Position numbers and translations under genes: made by a program. Shown one piece after another: positions 10,818 through 19,478 of a DNA stretch of 64,000 bases. Position 1 is the first letter of the stretch; each line of letters opens with the position of its first letter. The stretch comes from a virus, in IMG/VR virus record IMGVR_UViG_3300008255_000003, positions 32,001-96,000 of that record. One strand, given 5' to 3'. Below the pieces are notes generated by a model. It did not search any database, was not told the DNA's origin, and saw only the letters and a list, made by a program, of their open reading frames with translations.

Positions 10818-11483
10818 TTACTTCATCCAGATGTCAGAAGCCTTAAGCGTCTCGACATACTCTCTTCGATAAGCCTTGGTGTTGAGCCCTTCAAAGCTTT
10901 GAAAGATCTCTTCACCGTTACTGTCAGTGAGTTTGAAGTAGGTCAGGCCAGCCGCTACTGCTAGCGCGATGTTGACCTTAGCCTCATCCCCAGCGATGAC
11001 CTTGAGAATCTCAATGTGGTCACTTCGCTTAGCTTCCTTGATCGTGAGGTTGAGCTTGTAGACCAGCCCCCCATTCTCAATCTTGCCGATGATCTTGCCA
11101 CCGTGTGTGAGGTTGATGTCTGTGAGGCGCGACTTAAGCTCTGCGGCGTGGTGTTCAGCGATTTCATCAAGGGTGAAGTTGGAGTAGCGTTTCTTGAGCC
11201 CCACGGACATCTTTACGGCCTGTTTAGAGATGCTTGGCCTCACATCATCCATTTCATCCATATAGTCCACCGAGTTGAGCAGTCGCCCCAGTGACGGTGC
11301 CGTCTCTTTGCACTCGTAGGAGGTGATGTTCATGTCCTCAATCTTCTTGAGGTTTTCGATGATGATCATCACCTTCTCTTCATTCTCATTAAGGCTGGGC
11401 TCATAGTTATAGATGGCGATGCTGGATAGCATCACAACAGCCACAGAGATAACTATCGCGATAAACACCTTGTTCTCTTTCAT
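10818..11483 (-). CDS. Hypothetical protein with N-terminal membrane anchor
   Basis: GAGG RBS before ATG at 11483; N-terminal VFIAIVISVAVVMLSSIAIY. Confidence 0.65.
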   Translation of the reverse strand: MKENKVFIAIVISVAVVMLSSIAIYNYEPSLNENEEKVMIIIENLKKIEDMNITSYECKETAPSLGRLLNSVDYMDEMDDVRPSISKQAVKMSVGLKKRYSNFTLDEIAEHHAAELKSRLTDINLTHGGKIIGKIENGGLVYKLNLTIKEAKRSDHIEILKVIAGDEAKVNIALAVAAGLTYFKLTDSNGEEIFQSFEGLNTKAYRREYVETLKASDIWMK

Positions 11484-11507
11484 CCTCAACCTCTTATGAG
11501 TTTCCAA

Positions 11508-12391
11508 GTGAAAGGGCTACCACACAGTAGCCCTGATTCATTGACGTTAAACTACTCGGCCCAAACCTGCAACGGTTGCATCCCTACTTCACAGCCTCAC
11601 GACATCCTAGACACTTTCCGAGCACAGCTTACGGCGGCACTCACTCACTAACCTCTAAATCCCTTATATCATCCCTTATTAAATCCAACCAAATCAACTC
11701 CAGAATCAACTTTTACCTCACACCATAACTTTCCCTACTCCATAGAATGCCACCCATCCGACATTCACACTTCAAACATCCCCAAGACCACATCAAATGA
11801 TCATCACTTTCAACCCCTATAAAAACACCCACTCTTCATAGACCCCCTCAACCAACCCCCCTTCATGGTGCATAACCACCCCATACATCCTATGGTGCAA
11901 TACATCGTATAGAACATCATCCCTTACCCATACTGACACCGTAGTGAGTTACGTCTGCACCATAACGAGTGACGATTACACCATAAGGCCTCTATGGTGC
12001 ATGATGACGGGAAAAGACATTTCGCTCCGCACCCCCACCCCCCTTTGAAAAAACTCAGGGGGGAGCTGCTCTGTTTTTTTTCCCAAGCACCATTGGGGGA
12101 TTTTTCAAAAGGGGCAGGGTGTGTCCCTATGGTGGAGGCATAGAGTCCTATGGTGGAGGCATAGAGTCCTATGGTGGAGGCATAGAGTCCTATGGTGGAG
12201 GCATAGAGTCCTATGGTGGCGGGAGGGGGTCGCGCGAGGGGAGTGACCTGTGGTGGTGGGGGTATGAGTGTACGGGGAGTGTGCGGGGGTCAATGTCAGA
12301 CGTGCAACCGTTGCATGTTGGAATGATGGGGGTCGGTGTTAGAATGGGGTTCGTGGCGAGATGTAAACAACGCACCATAGAGAGGTATGGG
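11508..12391. other. Non-coding region with skew switch and repeated motifs; candidate replication origin
   Basis: Top strand C/A-rich to about 12050 and G-rich after about 12110; 13 CACCAT/ATGGTG copies; imperfect inverted repeat 12040-12114; a palindrome copy near each end (11568, 12303); lies between divergent genes. Confidence 0.55.
12125..12219 (+). repeat. 21-bp tandem repeat TCCTATGGTGGAGGCATAGAG, about 4.5 copies
   Basis: Units start at 12125, 12146, 12167, 12188, plus a partial unit at 12209; each full unit holds CTATG-N7-CATAG. Confidence 0.95.
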
Positions 12392-13843
12392 ATGGGCAGT
12401 TTGGAGTTGGTCGAGCAGTATGTGATGGGAGAGGCGGCAAGGTGGAAAAAGGAGGGGGTTGGGCTTGTCTCACCGTATGAGGAGGTGAAGCAGTATATGA
12501 AGCCTGGTTACTTCCTGAGCTTCACTGCGCTGCCTAAGCTAGGCATGAATCCTAGATCGTCATACAAGACGCCTTTAGCGCTCTACACCTACTATATGGG
12601 GAGTGAGTATTTTAAGACCGCTTGGGAGAATCAGAAGTTCCCCTACCAGACGCAGCAGCCTTATGTCCAAATCATGAAGATTCGATCACCACCAAATATC
12701 GTGACGTTTGGAAACGGCAGGGTTGAGAATGATCATCTAATCGTGAAGGCTTTGGGGCGGTACAGGGAGAAGGCGCGTACAAGTCAGGTTCATGCCAATG
12801 CAATCGCATTGGCAAACCCGGACAGTGATCCCTGAATTGACTTATCTAGTGATGACGTCAGGCTGGTGCGTTATTACTGGGCGATAACAAAAGCGCTCGC
12901 GGCAGGCTCAATAGCACGCTGGGGTAAGCTGATGATGGATGATGGCATCATGGGCCTTAACGATATGGGGTCCGGCACCATCCATACGAACGAGCCTCAC
13001 CAAGCGGCGTTCTTTTCAATGCAAGCCGTGGATCATGTCACTCAACTTAACAATCCACTTGCAGGGGCGCTGCCTGACTTCAATGCCCAAGGTCTAGGGC
13101 CAGGGAGTTCTCAGAAATACTTTAAAGGTGTTCATAACAAGCTGAGGTTGTTAGTTAAGCTTGTCATTAAGCTTATGAATGAAATTGGCGTAAACCATAA
13201 GCTTAGTCAGAGTTTTATGGAGCTTGCTGGTGCTTCTGAGCTTAGTCTAGGTGACTTCGTAACTAAGGTTGCAGATCTCAATAACCCAAGCGGGTATAAT
13301 GAAGACTTTGAAGTAACGCTCGGTCTTTTTGACATCAAGGTGATTAAAGCTGCTGTTAAGGCGATCAAGCCGCACATCAATCAGATCGAGCCATTCCTTA
13401 AAGGTGCCAGGTTCACCACGAGCTGGCCTGGGAACAAGCTTAGCTTCCACGTTAATGACGTTAAGCTCTTGAGGTCTGACTACTTCAATATGCCAACGCG
13501 GCGAGAGTCAATTAATGACAATGTAGAGCTGTTTGTAAGGCAGATGAATCTGGTGGATAGTGTGATCACGCTAAACAGAATGCCCAACGCTCAAGACCTT
13601 GGGTTCATGTTTCCACCGTCATTTAGCTTTAGCAAGTGCATCATTAGGGCGACGATGGCGGAGTGGGATAAGATGCTCGGAACGGGCGGGGGTCAGATGA
13701 TTAAGGATGGCGTACCCCTTGCCAATCTGACACCTTTAACTAAGGCCATGTCTGAGCGACTAGACATGTCATTCTTAAACTCTAAGCGAATTGCGAAGCC
13801 AAATGACTTTCAGTTCTCCGACTGTAAGTTTGAGGTGATTTAA
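12392..13843 (+). pseudogene. Paralog family member C, interrupted by in-frame TGA at 12833-12835
   Basis: P*IDLSSDDVRLVRYYW aligns with PWIN/PWVD/YWIN...RWYW in the other members; AGAGGT RBS before ATG at 12392. Confidence 0.85.
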
Positions 13844-13885
13844 TCATCACGCACGCAACGGTTGCATGTCATAAGGAATCCGACT

Positions 13886-14101
13886 ATGACTAAAAGTAAG
13901 AGAGAGATCTCGTCCAAAGATCCAAGGATAGAGATCGCGTGTGAGATTGAGAATATGGTGATGGTTGGTTTTTCCAGCGCCGAGTTGGCACCTAGTGATG
14001 AGCAGGGTTGGAATGTCGTAATGCTTATAGGTAGCGACGGCAAAAGATATAAAGTTACAGTCACAAGAGTTAACGAGAAGAGGGGTATGTCTGATGTCTA
14101 A
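13886..14101 (+). CDS. Small hypothetical protein
   Basis: AAGGA RBS; stop overlaps the start of member D. Confidence 0.5.
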   Translation: MTKSKREISSKDPRIEIACEIENMVMVGFSSAELAPSDEQGWNVVMLIGSDGKRYKVTVTRVNEKRGMSDV

Positions 14102-15671
14102 GATTAAGGTGATAGAGCAGTACATGATCGGTGAGGCTGCTCGGTGGAAGAAAGAGGGTGCTGAGATCTTATCCCCCAAGGATGAGGTATCTTCATATAT
14201 AGGGGATGGTAAGGGCTATCACCTATTGAGCTTCACTGGTCTGCCCAAGCTCGGGATGAATCCCAAGTCGCACTACAACACCCCGCTCGGGATCTACACA
14301 TATTCTATGGTGGACCCTTGGTTTGAGAAGCAGTGGGAAGATCAGGACTTCCCCTTCGCGTCCGACCAGCCTTACATTCAGATCATGCGTCTAAGGTCTG
14401 AGCGCGGCCTTGTGGTGTTTAGCAACTCTGGCATCAGCATGGGGGGCTCGTTAATCAGCTCGCTCAATAAGAAGTATCAGAAGCTAATCACCCAGGGTGA
14501 TAATCGAGCGGTCGGTGCCCATAAGATGATGCTTCGTGGGAGTGAGTATTGGATTAATGAAGTAGCTGGAGGTGCTCGGGAAGTGCGCTGGTACTGGGCA
14601 TTCACTCAACATTACGCGAGCCTCATTGAGGGTGAGTCTGGCAAGCCTGTCAGGGATTGGAAGCACCCTGGTCATATTCATAACAACGCGGCGTCTATCG
14701 CGGTGTGGTCTAAGGTCATGGTTGATGATGGTATCGTCGCCTTCGATGATAGGGGGACAGGAACCATTCACCCTGACGAGCCGCATCAGGCAGTCGTGCT
14801 TACCATGAAGGCTGTGCAGCATGTCGCGCAGATCTTGAATCCTGTTGGCGGTGCAAGTCAGAAGCTCTTTAAGCGTGGCGTAAAGCGTCAGGGTAGGATG
14901 ATCAACATCTTCACCAAGTGGGCTGTTGAGACTCGCAAGGCGTTTGAGGAGGCCTACGATAGGGTTGAGAAACTGTCGAAGTATGATGAGATCTCAAACC
15001 TTGGGGCCATGTTGTTGATCAGGAATTTCCTTGAGAATAGTGATGAGGACAATATAAAGGGCGTCACCAACCAAGGTATGACAGACTTTGAGAGCAATAA
15101 AATGCAGATAATCAACGCCACCCTGGCCTTGCACGAGAGGGTTGAGCTGGCCTTGGACATGGCTGGTGATAATAGGCTGCTGCGCGCCATTCTCTATGGC
15201 GAGAGTGCGCAGAGGATAAGGGCAAGCCTTAATATGGTGATAGCCTCTACAATGCTTGATCTCACCATAGATGAGTTTGTGGTGCAGGGCTCTACCATGC
15301 TTGAATCGCCTAGCAATGTGAGCGCTGGGCTGGCTGACCAGTTTGGCATAAGCATCACGGCTAGCATCTGGAATCTTAGGTTTAAGAGGATGGAAGTTAA
15401 CGTAGAGTCTTTTGGTGCTTTAAAGGGTCTTTTGACGGGCATGTCAAAAGACATGAATCACTTTATCTTCGAGGGCTGCGACATCAAAGTGCCGAAGCTG
15501 GACTTCACGCTTGCGACTAATATTGAGCTTGGTGATGATGAGCTTGAGAACGAAGAGTTCTTCGCGGTGCTTTTTAAAGACTACTTCATTAAGGACATGC
15601 CTAGGATCTTGGGCATCAGCGGCAAACCACTGTCTGTTGAGGTTAAGGACTGTACTTTCGAGTTGGTCTGA
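14094..15671 (+). CDS. Paralog family member D (525 aa, intact)
   Basis: Same N-terminal motifs as members A-C. Confidence 0.9.
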   Translation: MSKIKVIEQYMIGEAARWKKEGAEILSPKDEVSSYIGDGKGYHLLSFTGLPKLGMNPKSHYNTPLGIYTYSMVDPWFEKQWEDQDFPFASDQPYIQIMRLRSERGLVVFSNSGISMGGSLISSLNKKYQKLITQGDNRAVGAHKMMLRGSEYWINEVAGGAREVRWYWAFTQHYASLIEGESGKPVRDWKHPGHIHNNAASIAVWSKVMVDDGIVAFDDRGTGTIHPDEPHQAVVLTMKAVQHVAQILNPVGGASQKLFKRGVKRQGRMINIFTKWAVETRKAFEEAYDRVEKLSKYDEISNLGAMLLIRNFLENSDEDNIKGVTNQGMTDFESNKMQIINATLALHERVELALDMAGDNRLLRAILYGESAQRIRASLNMVIASTMLDLTIDEFVVQGSTMLESPSNVSAGLADQFGISITASIWNLRFKRMEVNVESFGALKGLLTGMSKDMNHFIFEGCDIKVPKLDFTLATNIELGDDELENEEFFAVLFKDYFIKDMPRILGISGKPLSVEVKDCTFELV

Positions 15672-15765
15672 TAAGATGCAACGGTTGCATGTTTGATATA
15701 GGTTGTGTTCTTATCAATGCGGGTCTGATGTTGTGTCAGACCCGTAAACTTTGGAGGTTAGTGAT

Positions 15766-15933
15766 ATGGAATGGAACGAGCGCGAGAATCTTGTTGCGGC
15801 TCTAACCAAGCAAGATAAGAAGGGCTTTATCACCATAGATGAGACGCTGCATGTTGGTGGTGGCTTCAATATGGGAAGCCTTGAGGAGGTCGAGGTTAAG
15901 ATCAGGACGCATATCGCAAAGAATAGGGCCTGA
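15766..15933 (+). CDS. Small hypothetical protein
   Basis: TTGGAGG RBS; flanked by palindrome copies at 15677 and 15938. Confidence 0.55.
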   Translation: MEWNERENLVAALTKQDKKGFITIDETLHVGGGFNMGSLEEVEVKIRTHIAKNRA

Positions 15934-16053
15934 AACACGCAACCGTTGCATGTCTAAAATATGGCTTGCGCGGCTCATGCTTCTGGGTTTAGTCTTCTTG
16001 TGTTGCCGGGCGCGTTGTTAAACGTCCGGCTTGGACTTCAAGTGAGGTAGGTA

Positions 16054-16329
16054 ATGGATGGTCTTGACGCTATGGCGCGCGACGATGGTTCAATCATGCG
16101 CTGGATCGGCCCATTCTGGGTTGAGGTATCCTTTGGCTTTGAGGGTCTTGAGCGCTATTGGACTTTTAGAGTGTCATCGCGCAAGGGTGATTCTGACTAC
16201 ACCTGCCCTCATAGGTTTAAGACTAGGCGCCATGCGCTTGAGTCAGCGCAGGACTATGTGATGACGCTGGCGATCAGCGTGACACATGATCTCACTAAGT
16301 GGATGACAGAAACGCGTAACGCAAGATGA
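16054..16329 (+). CDS. Hypothetical protein
   Basis: GAGG RBS; operonic overlap with next ORF. Confidence 0.55.
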   Translation: MDGLDAMARDDGSIMRWIGPFWVEVSFGFEGLERYWTFRVSSRKGDSDYTCPHRFKTRRHALESAQDYVMTLAISVTHDLTKWMTETRNAR

Positions 16330-16619
16330 GAGGAGAGAACATGACTAGGGATAAGGTGCTGCTGTTCAAAGAGCGCATTCATAAGGATGTCGTTCTCACG
16401 GCCTGGGTTGACGGCGATGGTGCTTATACAGCGCAGCTTGCCGTTGGTAATGCCAGGATGCTTCATGCTCCATTGGTGTGTGGCAATGTTGACGTTAGGT
16501 CGGTCTTCCTCAACTGGTCTAGAGACATGCTAGGCTTCGCCTACGCGCTCCGAGATTCGATCTCAGATGAGATGGTCGATGAGGTTGTCAGTGCCGCAAC
16601 CAGCGAGCGGCTGCAATGA
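16326..16619 (+). CDS. Small paralog 1 (DGDGAYTAQL family)
   Basis: Shares motif with the next two ORFs. Confidence 0.65.
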   Translation: MRGENMTRDKVLLFKERIHKDVVLTAWVDGDGAYTAQLAVGNARMLHAPLVCGNVDVRSVFLNWSRDMLGFAYALRDSISDEMVDEVVSAATSERLQ

Positions 16620-16662
16620 TCCTAATGCCCGCTTAACCAAACGATAAACAGAAGGTGCCTTT

Positions 16663-16974
16663 ATGAGTGACATGGAAAGCAAGAGTGTTGAGGTGGTTGT
16701 GATCGAGCGTCTTAAGCTTGGGGATGGCTTGGAGTTCATCCTTAAGTACGATGGCGACGGTGCTTACTACGCTTCATTAACCGGCCCAGAAGGCGCAGTG
16801 TCTGAAGCCCCGCCTATTACTGGCACGCCTGAATCAGTGGCGCTTCGTTCTGCTAAGACTTGGGCTTCATCGACCATCATGTTTGCGATGATGGTTGGCG
16901 GTAAACTCAGCACGGAGTCAATCCAGAGCGTCAGGATGCTTTGCTTTCACGCATCCTCACCAGAAGGAAGGTAG
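16663..16974 (+). CDS. Small paralog 2 (DGDGAYYASL)
   Basis: Shares motif with neighbours. Confidence 0.65.
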   Translation: MSDMESKSVEVVVIERLKLGDGLEFILKYDGDGAYYASLTGPEGAVSEAPPITGTPESVALRSAKTWASSTIMFAMMVGGKLSTESIQSVRMLCFHASSPEGR

Positions 16975-17277
16975 ATGCTAACTCTAGATCTCGTTAAATT
17001 CAAAGACATGGGCAACGGATTCAGGCTTCTTGTTTATAGACATAGCGATGGTGTCTATACGGCACAGCTAGTCATTGGCGAAGTTTGCATCAACTCACTC
17101 CCCACACCAGTCGTAGGGTTTGAGGATAAGATGTTGGCGTTCTTTGCAGAATGGGCGGCTGATACGATAAAACAGATCAGCCTGCTCTCAGACAAGGTGA
17201 CAAGCGAGGTTGTCCAGAAGGCGCGCGAAGCAGCTTTGGAGTGTGAGGCCGCCGTGAAGCCTTACACCTCGTTTTAA
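16975..17277 (+). CDS. Small paralog 3 (SDGVYTAQL)
   Basis: Shares motif with neighbours. Confidence 0.65.
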   Translation: MLTLDLVKFKDMGNGFRLLVYRHSDGVYTAQLVIGEVCINSLPTPVVGFEDKMLAFFAEWAADTIKQISLLSDKVTSEVVQKAREAALECEAAVKPYTSF

Positions 17278-17341
17278 AACCCATCACAACCCAAACAGGG
17301 ATGCAACGGTTGCATCCCTGTTCATTCTTCAAGGTGAAGAT

Positions 17342-18265
17342 ATGACCGAAGTTATGCCAGTCCTGACGTTCGATGAGGTGAAAGAGACTTTAAGGCGCAT
17401 GGGGATCATCTTTCTAATCAATGAGGTCACGAAAGAGATCACGCTTGAGCTTACGGACACCAAGCTGTCATACGGATCTAATGGCGCCCTTGGTATAGAC
17501 TGCCCCTACTATGGCGCAGTTTATACCGTCGAACACAAGCCAGCCCTGGTATCTCAACTGCGTCGGGTTCAGCTCGTGCAGGAGGCGATAATTAACCGTG
17601 AGAATGTCAACTCCGACAGGATCAAGGAAGTCTTAGGGCACAGGGGCATCCACTTCGTCAAGGTGTTGGGCGGCTACGAGTCTGACGATCTTAAGATCGA
17701 CATGACGCGCTCGGTGCCTTTCGTGCAGATTGGTAATGACAGGCCGGAGGCGATCTTCACCGTGGATGTTTTCGAGCGAATGGTTGACGCTTGGCTTGCA
17801 GCTAAGGTGAGCAAGGTCGCTGACAGGCCGCTTAAGACCTACGATGAGGGTGAGATGATGGCCAGGATTCAAGCTCTCTTTGGGCCGCTTGTCGCGCAGT
17901 CTAAAGAGATGGGGTGCCCAGTGACGACGGCCCTTTATCTAAGTCAAGACACCTACTCCGTGTTCACCGATAGGGTTTCAGCCTTTGCCAAGTATCTAGG
18001 TGAAAGTAATGTCCTTAATATTGACCCTGGCAGTATCGAGGATTTCGCATCGGAGCACGTTCATATCATCATGGGGGCTGCCTTCATTGCTGGGCTGGAG
18101 CGGCTTTGTAGTATCGTCGGCGTCCAGCTTGATGATGAGTTCAAGTTGGACGCCTGCGAGGGTATGGAGCAGAACATTCTCGCGCTTTTCTCTGATGTCA
18201 TGGCTAAGAAGTGTCGCGATGCCGATGGGGCTGAGGGGGCTGATGCGCAGCTACCCCAAGCATAA
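17342..18265 (+). CDS. Hypothetical protein
   Basis: 307 aa ORF after the palindrome hairpin at 17294-17322. Confidence 0.65.
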   Translation: MTEVMPVLTFDEVKETLRRMGIIFLINEVTKEITLELTDTKLSYGSNGALGIDCPYYGAVYTVEHKPALVSQLRRVQLVQEAIINRENVNSDRIKEVLGHRGIHFVKVLGGYESDDLKIDMTRSVPFVQIGNDRPEAIFTVDVFERMVDAWLAAKVSKVADRPLKTYDEGEMMARIQALFGPLVAQSKEMGCPVTTALYLSQDTYSVFTDRVSAFAKYLGESNVLNIDPGSIEDFASEHVHIIMGAAFIAGLERLCSIVGVQLDDEFKLDACEGMEQNILALFSDVMAKKCRDADGAEGADAQLPQA

Positions 18266-18355
18266 GCCTTTGACATCATGACGTTGGATGGCGGATAGCA
18301 CGTCATCGCTTGTTAAACAACCCGGCGTGTGCCGGATTTTCTTTGGAGGTGAGCT

Positions 18356-19006
18356 GTGAAGGGTAGACGCTTTGATCATTCTCTTGTGGATGATCTTATC
18401 AACGAAAGGGTCAGTCATGAGTATGTCATTGAGCATGGTGACAGGCTCTTCGTGGACTTTGAAGCCCTGGCCAGACTTGTAGGGCATTATGTTCCAGGCC
18501 TTGAGGTTGGCGAGGGCTTTATCCAGCGTCGGGAATGGAAGCGCGGCACTATCAGTGGTGATGAGGCTAAGGCGGTCATCTTCTACGATGCCTCTTACTT
18601 TGAAGACCTATCACCGTCTGCGCTTGAGTTCGGAATAGCTTACTGGGACTTTAAAGACGCCAACATGCTCTTCGGTCGCACCTGGCGTTGGGAGCCTCGT
18701 GACCCCATTGGTGCTCTCTTTAGGCGCTCGCATAGGATCTCTAAGAAGTGTGGATATGGCTCAATCCACTATGGGCGAAAAGGCATTGCGTCTTATCGGC
18801 CAGACTTCCCAAATAGTGAGATGGAAGGTCCGACCGATCGCAACCTCGATCACCTTGATAGCATCCTGCCTAGTGGCGCCGTCCACCTCATGAAGGCGCT
18901 CGGAAGGTTTAGGCCTAACGACTTATTTGTGAGCATCCTCAACGGAAGAAACCACCGTGCAGAAGATGATCTTTACATCTTTGAAAGCTGGGACTGGGAC
19001 AAATGA
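18356..19006 (+). CDS. Hypothetical protein
   Basis: TTGGAGG RBS, GTG start. Confidence 0.6.
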   Translation: MKGRRFDHSLVDDLINERVSHEYVIEHGDRLFVDFEALARLVGHYVPGLEVGEGFIQRREWKRGTISGDEAKAVIFYDASYFEDLSPSALEFGIAYWDFKDANMLFGRTWRWEPRDPIGALFRRSHRISKKCGYGSIHYGRKGIASYRPDFPNSEMEGPTDRNLDHLDSILPSGAVHLMKALGRFRPNDLFVSILNGRNHRAEDDLYIFESWDWDK

Positions 19007-19470
19007 GAGCACTTAGCTTAAAGAACCCTTGGGGTGAGATGATCGCAAAGAAGGGCAAGCGCATAGAGAACAGGACGTGGCCAGTGCCCGGCACCATTCT
19101 TATGCCTACTTGGATTGCCCTTCACTCGTCGAAGTCTCATAGCAGACGAGATGCCATTGAGCTTTACAAGGATGGTAAGACAAGCGGCATCACACACCCC
19201 TATCACGCGGGTCATATCTTCGCGGTTGCGCGCCTCATGTCGTGCAACCATATTGATGATGACATACTCAAGATCGGGGCTGCGCTCACACATCAGGAGT
19301 ATTGGACGCACGGGCCTTGGTGCTGGTATTTTAGCGAGGTGGTTGAGCTGCCAATGCCTATCGAAGTTAAGGGAGGTCTATCGCTTTGGCGTGTACCTGC
19401 AAGTGTAGGCTCCGAGATCACCGAGCAGATCGCAGAGCTTGGCCTTAATATCTTCAACTTTGCTGAATAG
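19003..19470 (+). CDS. ASCH domain protein
   Basis: MRALSLKNPW...GKRIENRTW...IALH...W...KGGLSLW pattern typical of ASCH. Confidence 0.8.
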   Translation: MRALSLKNPWGEMIAKKGKRIENRTWPVPGTILMPTWIALHSSKSHSRRDAIELYKDGKTSGITHPYHAGHIFAVARLMSCNHIDDDILKIGAALTHQEYWTHGPWCWYFSEVVELPMPIEVKGGLSLWRVPASVGSEITEQIAELGLNIFNFAE

Positions 19471-19478
19471 GTGATGAC

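Noticed and set aside
12125-12219. CRISPR array
   Set aside because: Units are head-to-tail with no unique spacers, and no cas genes are present. The dispersed palindromes are irregularly spaced by kilobases.
12119-12391. GGGIESY-repeat N-terminal extension of ORF 12119-12835
   Set aside because: Homology to the paralogs and an RBS place the start at 12392; the upstream part is translated repeat DNA.
7992-12835. Alternative genetic code (TGA=Trp or TAA=Gln)
   Set aside because: Two different stop codons are involved, and many genes end cleanly at TGA or TAA with overlapping downstream starts. Conserved genes (nrdJ, dnaB, recA, rpoD) have no internal stops.
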